The notes under the pieces are model-generated. The model worked only from the letters and a program-made list of their open reading frames with translations. It searched no databases and was not told the DNA's origin. Position numbers and translations under genes: made by a program. This document shows positions 1 through 13,226 of a stretch of 64,000 bases of DNA, piece by piece. Origin of the DNA: Yuukianura sp. NJ FZ-2021 (Eukaryota); assembly GCA_046563655.1 (NCBI GenBank), contig CM102284.1:5828001-5892000 (forward strand). The letters run 5' to 3'. Position 1 is the stretch's first letter. Every line of letters starts with the position of its first letter.

Positions 1-38
1 GTGAAACTGAAACTGAATTGAACTGATTTTGATTTCAG

Positions 39-1888
39 CGAGCTTGGTAACAGTTGGAATGTTCATCGGAACGCTAGTCGGGGGTGTCGTGGGAGATGTA
101 CTGGGTCGACGCAGAACAATTATGATGAGTTCAATCCTCTTCTGCGGTGGTTGGATTATAATTGCTTTTGCATCGGACGTTTGGCACATTCTTATGGGAC
201 GACTTATGACCGGAGCTGCTAGTGGAATCTACTCAACAACTGTTCAAGTAAGAGGATTAAACGATTAAACTTAAACCCAAACAGAAGTTGACCTGTGACC
301 TCGTAAGATTAGTAAGAAGAATACTTGAGGTCAAAGTGTAACGCGTTCCGTGTTTGGGTGAAAGTCGGACCCGAAATGTTGACGTTCACTTCATGCAACT
401 TCTAAAACTTTCTTTTTCAGTTTATAATTTTCGAAATTCTAATTTTGATTTTTTTTAACAGTGTTACATTTGCGAAGTTGTGGACAAGAGTATTCGTGGT
501 GTTAGCGGGTCAATTCCAACGTTGATGGTGTCACTCGGGGTCATTTGTATGTACACCTTCGGAAGTTTTTTCAACTGGAGAATGCTGGCTCTCGGATCAA
601 GTATTTTCCCACTCTTCGTTTGCTTCTACACTTTCTTCCTTCCGGATTCACCATCTTGGCTGATTAGTAAAGGCAAGTATGCCGAAGCAGTACGATCTTT
701 GACATGGCTCACAAATGACGCCGAAGAAGCTGAGGAAGAAGTTGCCAAGTTGACGCGAATCCGAGAACGTCGTCAATCTCTTTCGCATTGTGCACCACCT
801 TCGCAATTTCAAAAATTCAATCTACGCACATTCATTAGCCGATTTTCGGAACGTTCTGTACTTCATCCACTTGGAATCGGTGTGGCGCTGTTCTTCTTCC
901 AGAAATTTTGTGGCGTTTCGTCAATCACTTTTTACGCAACACTGATTTTCAAGGTAAGTTCACCAAACAAAGAGAATTTCCGAGCGACATACTTTCTTTC
1001 TGGAAAAAAAAATTTATGCAGGTTGACTAATCCTCAGAATTGACCGATTTTTTTTTAATTTCCGCAGTACGCTGACAGTGAAATCAATGACTACGTTCAA
1101 ACAATTGTAATTGGTTTCGTACGACTCATCGCAACGTTAGTAAGCGTTTTTCTAATCAAATTTTACCGCCGACGTGTTCTGCTCATCACTTCCGGTTTGA
1201 TGATGTTCGCATCCAATGGAATTCTTGGAGGCTACTTTTACCTTAAAGCGAACTATGCGCATGTCGTATTTGCCAACGGTACTGGCACTGATGCTGCTGG
1301 AAACGAAACGATATCGATCATCCACAGTGCTCTAAGGTCACACAGTCTGGATTGTCTACCCCTCATCTGTGTCACAGTTTTCATGATCTTTTCATCAATT
1401 GGATTTGGAATTATTCCATTTTTCTTAGGTAAAGACAGAAAACTTTGAAATTTCGAAATATTTGAGACAAATTTTAAACTTTTCTTGCTTTCTTTTCAGT
1501 TGTGGAACTTTTGCCAACTGATGTCCGAAGTATCTCTACTTCGTTTGCCTACGGATTCTGTCAACTGTGTCAATTCATTGCTGTAAAAACGTTTCTGAAC
1601 ATGCTGGATACACTGAATACTTACGGAACATTTTGGTTCTACGCTGCAGTTGCTTTCTGTGGAGCCTTGTTCGTGGCTCTCTGTGTTCCGGAAACATCTA
1701 ACCTCAATTCAGCCCAAATTGAAAAACTTTTTGAACCTAAAGACAGCGGACTTTCTTCTGGAGAAAGTAGCAACACAAGCAGCGATTTTGAAGATGATGA
1801 GGAAGATGATAAAGTCCCGAGTTCCAAAACACCGCTAATCAAATCCAAGGGAATTGAAGTTGAGTACGGGTCAAGTTCCAAAGTATAA
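39..1888 (+). CDS. MFS sugar porter, facilitated trehalose transporter Tret1-like (5' part outside window)
   Basis: Exons ~39-247, 462-953, 1068-1428, 1500-1888 with GT-AG ends. Sugar-porter motifs GDVLGRRR, ILMGRLMTG, YICEV..SIRG, PDSPSWL, QKFCG, ELLPTDVR, VPET; many hydrophobic TM segments. Confidence 0.9.
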
Positions 1889-2697
1889 TTCCAAACGTAC
1901 GGAAACAGTACGAAGCGAATAGCGGTACGAAAGTTTCGACATCGTGATCATAGCATAATGAAAAGTTGAACAAATTGCCAAACCTAGCTCCTAAGTGACA
2001 ATGACTGACTAATGTTTAATTCAAAATGTAATTGTTTATGTCAAAGGTCAAAGGATATGCTTTCGGTCTCTGGTATTATTGGTGTATTTGTTACAACCAT
2101 AACATTTTAATCACATAACGACAAAGTCTTCACAAACCAACGAAATCTATAGCTACTTTTGTAATAATCGCTTACGTTCTAGGTTAAGTTATAAGTAATA
2201 ATTTCTATAATCATTCTAAGAAACTTAATTAATTGTAACTAAATATAGTTCTATTGTGTTCAACAAAATTAAAAATAAATTACAGTCTACTAAAAATTGT
2301 TCATCTGTTTACTAGATTTTGGAACCAAAAGAAAACTACGAAGAAAAGTTAATTGCGTGTGAAATGAACCGGTACAGGATTTCTGCATTAGTCGGAATCA
2401 CATTTCAATTGACAATTCAAAAGTTATCAGTTGTTTACCACGTGCAGAATCAACTTTCAAAGCAACTTGCAAAAAATATTTCTCCATGATTTTACAACAT
2501 TTTAAGACTTTGCCAAACCAACTGCTATGTTACTAAAAAAAGTGACTGGAAAATCTTGAACTTTTAGCATCGTAAACTTATAGAATCAGTACCTGCCTGC
2601 CTTGCTGCCTTTGGACATTGCAAATTCAAACGTTATCCCAAAGCACGACACTTTTTAGTAGTAGAACTTTAGTTGAATTTCGACTTTCGTTTTGGAA

Positions 2698-4377
2698 ATG
2701 TCAATTCCCGCTGCAGTTTTGAATAGCTCAGACGTTGTGATCAGGATGACGCTTCCAGAAATTCCGGAAGTGCTTCCAAGTGTCAAAAAATTGACGCATG
2801 ACCAACCTAAAAACATTGCAGAAATTGACGCTGTGAAACTTGTAAGTATTCCGATGAAGAAACTGAAGTCAATCAATTAAAAAAATTTCTATAAAATATA
2901 AATTTTTATAAAATTTTATAGTCCAAATTCAATAGTTCTACTGGCAAATCACTTAAGAATTTCAAAATTTTACATATTTATGGGTGTTTAGCTCAAAAGA
3001 GAAGTCAGGAGTTGGAAATGTTTGGAAGAAGATATAGATGATTATATTTTTCTCAAATTTCTTAGAGGTAAAAACAACATACACAAAAAACTAGAACAAG
3101 AATTTGCAATTTGTATAAGTGTGGTTAGTGGAATTCCTTGATTTTATTGCTTGTTTTTTAGCTCGAGGGCTGGACATAGACAAAGCCAAGGTCATGTTAG
3201 CAAAGGTAAGGACCATGAGAATGCTTGAAAAAAAATTTGATGTGCCAAAAAAAATAATACAATTTCTGACTGCGACTTCTTTCTCATACGTTTTTTTTTC
3301 TTTTTAGTATTTCGAATTTCGCAAAACAAACAAATATTTTATTGAAATTAGCACAAAGCCTTATACCCCACCGCCATTTATTGCGGCTATTAAGGTGCCG
3401 TTTGTGAAGGTTCTTGACAGTGAGTCAAGGGCAGGTCAGTTTCTAGCCTAACTTAACTTAAAGTTAACTCAAGTGTACTGTGTGAATTTATGGTTGATGA
3501 GGAATGCTTTTTCAGCATTTATTATTGGAGTTGGCCACATCAATTTGAAAGAAATTTTCAACGAGGTGAGCCATTTCTGTAAAATAAATTTACATTGCAC
3601 TGTAACAAGTTTATTACTGACACAGCTTTAAGTAATTAATTCCATTGACTCAATACAGGTTGGAATGGATGATATTCTTCGACTGGTTCACTATGCTACG
3701 GAATTGGTTTATGCTATTGCAGAAAAGCAAAGGAAGAAATTCGGCTGCACTAAAGTAGTGATAGTTGCTGATCTGGAAGGCGTCTCTCTTCGAAATGTAC
3801 TTTTTCCTAAGAGTAAGTTATTATTAATCAAATATATTAATAAAATTATTATAAATTACTACACTCTACGCTTGGTTTTCAAATAAAACATGATTTTCAA
3901 ATGTCATTTTGAATTTCTGAAGGTGTGTCAGCGTCAATCTACGGGGCTCGATTTTTTGAGGCCTTTTATCCAGGTAAATCGGTTTTTAGTACATTGTTCA
4001 AAAAAGTATAAAATTAAAGTAATTCTTTCCCTTCGCAAAATTACTTACAGAACTCGTTCATGCTGGAATCGCCATCAACAGTAAACCACTTTTTTTAAAT
4101 TAAAGCTTTTATACTCAATTTCACTTCATATTTTACTCAAATTCACTTTTCAGCTAATTGGATATGTCACTACGCCTACAAAGTTCTTAAGCCATTCTTT
4201 AGTAGCGACACTTTGCGTAGAATTCAGATTTACGACCATGATGCTACAAAGTGGAAAACGGCTTTGAAAAATTATCTTCCAGAAGATGCAATCCCTACTG
4301 AATACGGTGGAACTGCTCCACCCCTGCAACTAACCATGGCTAAAGATATTTTTGAATCTCTTCTACAAGAAACTTAA
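2698..4377 (+). CDS. CRAL-TRIO/SEC14-like lipid-binding protein (copy 1)
   Basis: Many short exons splice to DDYIFLKFLR|ARGLDIDKAKVML, VIVADLEGVSL, final exon YKVLKPFFSSDTLRRIQI...LPEDAIPTEYGGT, typical CRAL-TRIO motifs; stop 4375-4377. Confidence 0.85.
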
Positions 4378-4883
4378 ACACTTAAATTTTAACTAATTAC
4401 AAAGTAAATTAATTGTGATACTGCGTCGTCTGATCTTTCTGAACTTGAATTTCTGTTTCTTCTGCTTGACGTGGCTTCAAAATGAAAATCTGTTCATTTT
4501 TTGCTCCCCCTGCTCAAACTTATATGTTGGTTTTGAACTTTGGAAATTGTGATGAGTTTGCATGAAGTAATCTTGATGAATTGTGGTTTCTGAAACGTCT
4601 GAATGTATAATCAGACACATATTAAGATTTTTTTAATAAATGCAGCGATGTAAACTGTTAGCTTTACAATGGGGCATCAAAAGCTTACAGTTCGTATTTT
4701 GCTGCTGATCGTTGTTCTTGAGTTTTTTCAAATCATCAAATCGGCACGTTCTGTCTGTTTAACACGGGTTTTGTAAAGTTTTAGAATTTCAGTTTGTCAT
4801 TTCTTTGCACAAGAAGTGGAAACTTAAAGTGAGTTCTGAAAGGTGAAGCAAAGTGCTGGGATTCTTTGTAAGTTTATGAGATC

Positions 4884-5953
4884 ATGAGTTCCAGCAGTTT
4901 TAGTGCCCCGAGGGGAAAGCCAATATTTGTGGTAGTCATGGGCGTGTCTGGAAGTGGTAAGAAACATTTAATCACGAGTTTCCAAAATTTACATTGAAAC
5001 AAAACTGAAAGCACGATCGAAATATACGTGACATAATTCAAAGATGAGGTCACGGAACGGGAACATTCAAAATTTCCAAAATTCCAACGTCCCAAAATTT
5101 CGAAAACTTAAATAACTTCAACGTCAAATAAAAATTTTTCCGTGCAACCTGCTCTAAACAAACCTTGTCCGCGAAAATAAATTTTTTGTTTGGATAAAAA
5201 GTTTATTTTTTCAACTTTTAATTTTGATGAAGGATGAACTAAAGCGTCTAAGCATTTTTTTTAAATACAGGAAAAACTACCGTGGGAATTGCTTTGTCTG
5301 AGAAATTGAATTTGCCCTTCCTGGATGCTGATCAACTTCACCCTACTTCAAATATTGATAAAATGAAAGCAGGTTGGACACAGAAACAAACCATGCAGCA
5401 ACTTACATCAAACATAAAACATAATCTACATAACAAACCTAATTTAAAAACTAGTTTAACTTACTCTTTTGAAGGAACACCTCTGAACGATGACGACAGA
5501 CTCGAATGGCTTCGGATTATAAGTTTGAAAATGGGCATGATCGAAGCCAACGAAGGTCAAGGTTTGGTCATCGGTTGTTCTGCACTCAAGGTCAAGTACC
5601 GTCGCATCCTACGTGGATTCTGCACAGGCTATTCTCCAGAATCCATAACAGAAAATGAGCGTCAAGTGCACTTCCTGTACCTTAAGGGTACTTTTGAACA
5701 GTTAAGTAGCAGAATCCAGGAACGCAAAGACCACTTCATGCCAGCCAGTTTACTTGAAAGTCAATTTGACGCTTTAGAAGAACCCACCGAAGCTGAAGGA
5801 GTTGACAGCGCAGGTCAAGTTAGAGGGATACTAGTGACTTCGACAATAGACTTCAGCGCTGAAGAAATCGCTTCGAAATTTGCACAAGCGGTTTGTGCCT
5901 TTCACGAAGTCACTAACGCCAAGCGATGTTACCTTTCACCTCCAACATTCTGA
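4884..5953 (+). CDS. IDNK: Gluconokinase
   Basis: Exons ~4884-4957, 5271-5372, 5475-5953. P-loop MGVSGS|GKTT, FLDADQLHP..NIDKMKA|GTPLNDDDR, CSALK..YR, HFMPASLLESQFDALEEP. Confidence 0.92.
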
Positions 5954-6762
5954 CCGAGTAGAACACCAAAAAAACTAAAATCATAAGATCATTTTTGACA
6001 TGAAGACTAGAAAACCAATAAAAACTGTAGTGACTCGTATGCATCGATTCGAAATTTTAAGTGCCCGGCCTTTCTAAGTATAGAAGTTCAAGGTTTTTGA
6101 TTTTAAAGCAAAGCTTTTCAAGATAATCTTGTTCAAAGAATCCTGCGTGACTTGTTTTTTTCTCGATTTTTGTTGAAGATCAAAAACCTTGCTTTTCCTT
6201 TCGTGCAAAATTCTCACACTTTTGGATTTTTTCTTTGAAAATCATGATTGAGGAAGCCGAGTGTTTAACACCTCATTTTTTTTATGAAAATGAAATAAAA
6301 CGGGCAAAAACAACAAGAGTACAATAATTTTGGAAATGAATTTTTTTTGCTTACAATTGACTAAGAATGCGCTTTTCGTTTCTCCTTCCAGTGATGATAT
6401 TTGGAATTCATGCTGTCATTATGAAAATGTAAACAGAAGATTATCTTCGCGAAAATGAGCCCCTAATGTTGGTTTTACCTTGAAAGTGAAATGAAACATG
6501 ACACTAAAGTTTGTTGGACATTTTGTTTGAGGAAGCCTAGTTAAAAGATCAATAGAAATTGCTTCATTATTTACCAGCACAAGTTGGATAGCAACAATTG
6601 CTGGGTTTAAAAATTGTTCTGTGATGGACTTAGGATAAGAGAGACCTTCCAAAATTTACTTTTTCTCACATTCAATTCTTCCTTGGAAGCGTTCAGTTGA
6701 CAAACCAGCTTCTGTGTTACAACAACTTCAAAAGTTCGTCCTACTTTAACAGTAGAACAGGA

Positions 6763-7986
6763 ATGATTAACACTATTGAGGAAAAATCGGCACTTGTTGA
6801 GGTAAAACTTCTTCCTGGAAATGCAATTTAAAAAAATTAACATTCTTCTGAATTTGAGCAATTTCATTTCTGATTTTTTAAAGTTTCGAAACGTGCTGCG
6901 TGATTTCGTACAAGACAGGAATTTCGACGATTTCGACGATCACTACCTCCTGAGATGGCTGAAAGGTAAACAAACCAGTTTGTTTTTCAAAATTTTCTGA
7001 AAAACTAGAAATTTCAAATTTTGACTTGTAGCTAGAGAACTGAATTTGGAAAAAGCTAAGGAAATGCTGCTTCACAATCTGGAATGGAGAAGGAACAATC
7101 CGCAATTGGAAACAATTCGAAACTGGAATCCGCCAAGTGATGTGTCCCAGGACATAGCTTATTCCTTTACTGGATATGATTATGTTGGACATCCAGGTAA
7201 ACTTTTAAAATTTGAAAATTTGATAGAAATCAAGAAAAAGTTTTAAAAATTTGTATGATGATTAGTGATATTCATGCCTTGTGGAGCTTGGAATATGCGG
7301 AAACTGATTGAAGATGGATTCAAGGAAGAAATGTTTCAGTATCTTTACAAAATTATGGAAGAGATTCTTGCTAGAATTGAAAAAGCCAAAGAAAGTAAAG
7401 GCGTTACAAACGTCGTCGCAATATTTGACGTTACGGGCTTGACGTTATGGAAAATTGCATCAATTGAAAGTGAGCTGAAATGCTTTTCGAAAAAATATTT
7501 TCAAAAAAATTCATAATTTGTCATTTTTCAAACAGCTATGCAAGCCGTCAAGCGATTCTTCCAGGAATTTGAAAGTTTCTACCCAGAAATTCTGTAAGTA
7601 AAAAGTTCAACTCAAAAATTTTGCTGAAAATTCTGAAAAAAATTTAGTTGATATATTTTTTGACTAGGTCAAAGGTTTATGTCATAAATGGTAAGCATTT
7701 GTTCAGACGATTTAGAAATGAGGATTTGGTCTTAACTCTGACCTTTGACCTTGATAATGTTATTTGCTTTTTAAAAACAGCTCACTGGGTATTCTACTAT
7801 GGATTCAAATTGGTCAAGCCCCTCATGTCTCCAAACACTGTGTCCAAGATAGAAGTGTTGACAAACAAAGCTACTTGGAAGGAAGTTCTGGAAACTACAA
7901 TGCCTTCAGATTGCATCCCTCCGGAATGTAAAGGACCAGTGCCGATTACGAAGCAATTGACGACACATAACTCAAGTCCACCTTGA
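6763..7986 (+). CDS. CRAL-TRIO/SEC14-like lipid-binding protein (copy 2)
   Basis: Spliced DDHYLLRWLK|ARELNLEKAKEML, GYDYVGHP, AIFDVTGL, FESFYPEIL|SKVYVIN|AHWVF..LVKPLMSPNTVSKI, IPPECKG. Confidence 0.88.
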
Positions 7987-8142
7987 CGATGACTCAAGAG
8001 CACTTAGAATCAATTCCATTTTAGTAGAATTTACTAAAACTGTTATATTTATAAGAATATTGTAATAGTTTAGAGAACAATCCTCGTCAAATATCGTAAA
8101 CTTACGATACGTCTTGAGACATAAAATACTACACGCCAATCT

Positions 8143-9100
8143 CTAACGCCTCTGGCTATTGTTTCTCATAATGTTGTTCAATGTTGTAAATCCAGCAGCC
8201 ATTAGATCTGGAAGTGGAAGTCCAGTGGATAAGTTTCCACTTCCAAATTGTTGGAACTCCTTCACACGCCGGCTCAAGAAATCGAAAGACTCTTTGTAAT
8301 TTTCAGATTTGTCTTGGACGAAGCAAAGTTCAGTAGCGGCGTAAATAGAAGCAATTCCCATCCTCCTTGTGTACCAACTCACCTATAAAATAAAATTACA
8401 GTCAGTTATGAACTGAACTCTGAATATGATTAAAACATGACTTACATCGGTTGACCTGTCTTTGAGTGAATGATGTGCAACTGAATCTGAAAGGTTCAGA
8501 AGAAGTCGTAGTGATTCTCCAAGGTGCTCTGGTTTCGTAGCCAAGGCCAAGGCTTGTTGGAATTTCGGAGCAAAGGGCACCACCCTATCGAGACGATACT
8601 CCAAAGCCTCTAGTAAATTCGGCACTGGCTGGGACGTAGACAAGTGCTGTTCCAGATCGTTATTGCAGTTGGTAAAGAAGAATTTCACAAGGTCGTACTC
8701 CCGAAATATTCCACTGATTTCTTCTGCCATAAACACATCTCTGGCACCTAAATTCGAATGGAAAACACATTACATTATGTAAACGTTAAACGTACTAGTG
8801 CATTGAATTATGCTTACCTGCACGAATTGCTTCCTCATTCCAACCGATTGAATTGACATGATTTAGAGCAGCGGTCAATATTTCGGTGGCAACGACATCA
8901 TCGTTCTTTTCTCCATGCGGCACCCTCTCATACTCAACTGATCCGGCTTGTCCTCGCTTCGCTTTCTTTGAAGTGGCAGTTGATGAGGCATGGACATTGT
9001 TCGTTTCAGTTGTATAATTTCTAGTGAATAGTCGATTCCCCAGTCGGAAGATGGATGGACTACTGGGACCTGTAAGCAAATACAAAAATCTCTTAAACAT
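8143..9100 (-). CDS. COQ9: Ubiquinone biosynthesis protein COQ9, mitochondrial
   Basis: Basic/Ser-rich N-terminal targeting-like peptide; ILTAALNHVNSIGWNEEAI..GA; DRSTD|VSWYTRR..IYAATELCFVQDKSENYKESFDFLSRRV; 3 exons. Confidence 0.9.
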
Positions 9101-9569
9101 TTCCTTAAGAAACTTAAATTAACTTAATTAAAAAAAATCTTACAAAATTTAGTAAACATTTTCAATCAGCCAGAACGTAATGTCACCGGTGCGGTCGGTG
9201 TTGTTACTTCCTCTAACCGAACCAACAAATTAAAATGAAATTAAATTCTGATTATTTTTGTTTTTTGATTACTAATTTTATTAGTATACATTAGTAAATT
9301 CTAAATTGTGTAAATTTTTTTGGTTGTTTTTGTTTATATTTTTAAATTCACAAAATTCGTGCCTTTCATGACATTTAGCGGTCATGTGAGCAATTGCGAA
9401 AACAGAAACAGATGACTTTCGGTTTTACTTTTTGAGTTCACACTACGACTACACGTAGGATTAATCGTCTTTTATTTAATTAACGGCTAATTAATCAGAG
9501 ATACGTGTCATCAGCAACCAACACAGATCAACGTTCATCCCAGCTGAGTACAGATCTGGACGTGGCATC

Positions 9570-11065
9570 ATGGACACACCTACACCTTCCCTTCAAAATA
9601 TTCTGGACCAGAAGACGTTACGTTGGATTTTCGTTGGTGGAAAAGGTTAGATCTTTTTAGAATCAAGATGTCACCGGTTTTTGTCAGCAAAGCGCCTCAG
9701 GCGTTGAGCTTGTGCTAGTGATACATTGTTGTTATCGATGTCTTAACGATTTGGTTCGTTTTAACTTTGAATTTAGGAGGAGTAGGGAAAACTACATGCA
9801 GGTAAGCTAAAAGAATGCGATACACCGTATGACATGTACTTTGAGATTCGTATTTGAACACTTCAATGCTTGCTTTGATTACAATGATATCTTTGGCTTA
9901 TTTAGTTGCAGTTTGGCCGTTCAGTTGGCGAAAGTTAGGGAGTCTGTTCTGATTATTTCCACCGATCCGGCTCACAACATCTCCGATGCCTTTGATCAAA
10001 AGTTTTCCAAAGTACCAGTCAAAGTCAAGGGATTCGAAAACTTGTTTGCAATGGAAATTGATCCTAACATTGGATACAATGAACTCCCTGACGAATTCTT
10101 CGGAGAATCGGAGGGGATGGCCAGAGTTACAAAAAGTATTATGCAGGAACTTGTCAACGCGTTTCCAGGAATCGATGAAGCGATGAGTTATGCAGAAGTA
10201 ATGAAGTAAGTACCCTCCCTCTGTTCAGTCTAATAAATCATGTTATTTACTGCTTAAGCTGATGTAAACATAAACTGTCGATCTAGGTTGGTCAAATCGA
10301 TGAATTTTTCCGTCGTTGTGTTCGACACTGCTCCTACCGGTCACACGTTACGTCTCCTATCTTTTCCAAAAGTAGTAGAAAAAGGACTTGGGAAGATCTT
10401 GGAACTGAAGAATTCGTTTGGTCCATTTATTCAACAAATGTCGTCTTTGCTAGGAGTAGGGGACTTTAATACTGAAAGTTTTGCTTCCAAATTGGACGAG
10501 ATGCTGCCAATTATCCGCAGCGTCAACGCTCAGTTTCGGGATCCGGTAAAAATAAAACATATTCCTTATAATCTGATTACATCTTAAGGTTATTCCCAAT
10601 TTACACCTTCCATTCTCTTTCTCTTGCCAGGACCAAACAACTTTTGTGTGTGTTTGCATCGCAGAATTTCTTTCCGTCTTCGAAACAGAGAGACTTGTTC
10701 AGGAATTGACCAAGTTCAACATCGATGTTCATAATATCATCGTCAATCAACTGCTATTTCCACCAAAAACTACCGCTGGAGGTGACGCTCCTTGTCGGAT
10801 GTGTGCAGCCAGATGTAAAGTTCAAGCCAAGTATTTGGATCAGGTCAGTCAGAAACTTTTGTTTTTGAAAGAACATGTTCTTGGTGTTGACATTCGAAAA
10901 GTTTCGTTTCACGTGCAGATTGCTGATCTTTATGAGGATTTCAATGTCACCAAACTTCCACTTTTGGAAAAGGAAGTCCGTGGAGCAGATTCCATTCGAG
11001 AATTCTCAAAAATGCTCATTGTTCCATACACTGGCAACGAATGTCAATCAGGAGGAACTTGTTAA
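9570..11065 (+). CDS. ASNA1: ATPase GET3/ASNA1 (TRC40)
   Basis: [68 protein letters not shown]; exons ~9570-9645, 9777-9801, 9906-10205, 10288-10545, 10631-10843, 10919-11065. Confidence 0.96.
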
Positions 11066-12065
11066 AGGTCAAATCTGCTTTCTGCTGCTACATATTCTGA
11101 TCCTCTGAAAATCTAAAAAGCTTTAATTTTTACCGCAATCAGTTTCTCTGTGGCTTGAACATTTCAAATTAAACTTTCTTGTTATGACAACATCAGCTAG
11201 ATAGAAAGACATCTCTCTCGTGTAGTCATTCTTTTGCTGCACTTTGTTGTAAACTTTGCTAAAATTAGTTTATTTACAAATTGCGACATGTCTGCAAGTA
11301 GTGCAACCAATAATTGGCAAATATTGGCAAAGTGAGCACCGTATAAGCACTAAAACTACACGTGCAGCAAGGAGTGACGCAAGTTCTTGTCCAAGTAAGA
11401 ACATTTTTTGCAAACTTAAATTCGCAAACTCCATTCCCTTCCCTATCCCAATCCAAACCCTTTTGTTCTTTCCCTGTTGAGAGATTCACTTTTCAATCTC
11501 TCTTTGTCTCCCACTATGTACTTACTGCTTTTGCCACTTTGTTTATCTTTACCCTGAGAGCTTAGTATATTCATTAATTGTTTTCTTTTGTTCTTGCTAC
11601 ACAGATACACATGAACCAACTTTTGCCAGGTAGACAACAAGGAGAGCAATTAAGGTCATAGAAGGTGAACGGAAGAATAACAACTAATCTGTGACTACTC
11701 AGTCAACTATTTTCCAACAAGAAACAGCTGATCGTCGAATCCAATCGTTCTCATCAATCAGTGACGACTGTGATAATTTCTCTGCTAAAATCTACACAAT
11801 TTTTGGCAGCTAACGAACTTGTACTTTGATATTTTTTTAGTTTCAGTATAACGATTTTTTTTCCACGTTCGTTCGTGAAATGGACTCTAAAGTATTCCGT
11901 TAAATTGCAAAAGCGGATGACATTGTCACTTGTGAGAGTCATATGAGGTTAAGTAGTTTTGCTCACGCCGTTTGCACAAGTTGACAAGTTGGCCAAGTTT
12001 TAACATTTAATTGAGCTTTTAAAGCTCAACCTTTTGTCCTGATTTCTTTTTAAACTGGGACAATA

Positions 12066-13226
12066 ATGCTCGACCGACAGAATTCAATGATTTCAGTACT
12101 TTCTTCAGGAAGCGAATTTTGCAGGTACGTTGCATTGAATTTTTTTTTAAAACTATCCTATGCATTATACTATGACATTAACATCTTTTAGCTGAGAGAT
12201 TCAAGGATGCTGTGTAGTGTAGCGTCATTTAACCTTTAAACTCTCTTTAGGATCAAACTTTGATAACCTTAGGCAGAAGTTAATGTTTGTCATTTGTTTT
12301 TGCAGAATTTGTCACTGTGACTCGTCTTGCGGAGAGTTGATTTCACCGTGCTACTGCTCCGGATCGCTTCGTTGGGTACATCAGATTTGTCTTCAACATT
12401 GGATACGTGCATCAAATAGCAAATCTTGTGAACTATGTCGCTATCCATTTTCGATGAGAACCAAGCTACGTCCCGTTTGTCAATGGGAACTGGTGCGTGG
12501 ATTATATCAGACCAATTGATGTAACTTTTAATTCATGTTGTAATTAGTAATGTATTTCTTGTCATTAGCTACCAATGTCCACATCTGAGAAGCGACGACT
12601 GTTTTGCTCTGCTGTATTCCATTCAGTAGCCCTCGGCTGCGTTATATGGTCGCTTTACGTTTTAATTGGTAACTTTTGCGCTTAAATTAACGCTAAACTA
12701 ATCTATGTTGATTACTCAAAGGAATTTGATCAGTGTTGTGTTTACTTTTTAGATCGAACAATCGATGAGCTGTATCAGTCCGAACTGGAGTGGCAGTTCT
12801 GGACTAAAATTGTTGTGGAGGCCATTGGGTGTCTTGGGTAAGTCAATTTACAGAACTTTTAAAAACTACAATGTTTTTGTGCTGAATTTTCACTTTTTTT
12901 TTCTTAGTGCTGGGATCCTGTTCTACGTTTGGGGAAAAATTTACTTCTGCCTCATCCGAAAATGGATTTCGTTCAATCGAACGTTTGTCATTATCGACTC
13001 TGCTCCAGTTCCAATTAAACAGAAACCTCCTAGCGTCACCAATCTGCATTTAGTAACAACCACGACTCCTTCCTGTCAAGGTGGCGGTGGTGGTGGGGCA
13101 GCTACAGATACAGAATCACTTGGTGGCGGAGGTGGCAGAGAAAAGGCAAATCTGGAAGCCAGAGCGCTGCTCCTTCCTCCAGCATACCCACCGCCTCCTG
13201 ATAATCCACAACTTCCGGCAACTTGA
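12066..13226 (+). CDS. MARCH1/8-type membrane RING-CH E3 ubiquitin ligase
   Basis: [35 protein letters not shown]...CELC, then [27 protein letters not shown] and [11 protein letters not shown] (two TM helices), as in MARCH1/8; Pro-rich tail. Confidence 0.9.

Noticed and set aside
4884-5953. Gluconokinase as a horizontal transfer
   Set aside because: Animals have IDNK with the same motifs and this gene has ordinary introns; nothing supports HGT without a phylogeny.
5373-10918. Stop-free 3n introns (5373-5474, 7691-7780, 10844-10918) as regulated intron retention
   Set aside because: A few such cases are expected among dozens of short introns; retention would interrupt conserved motifs.
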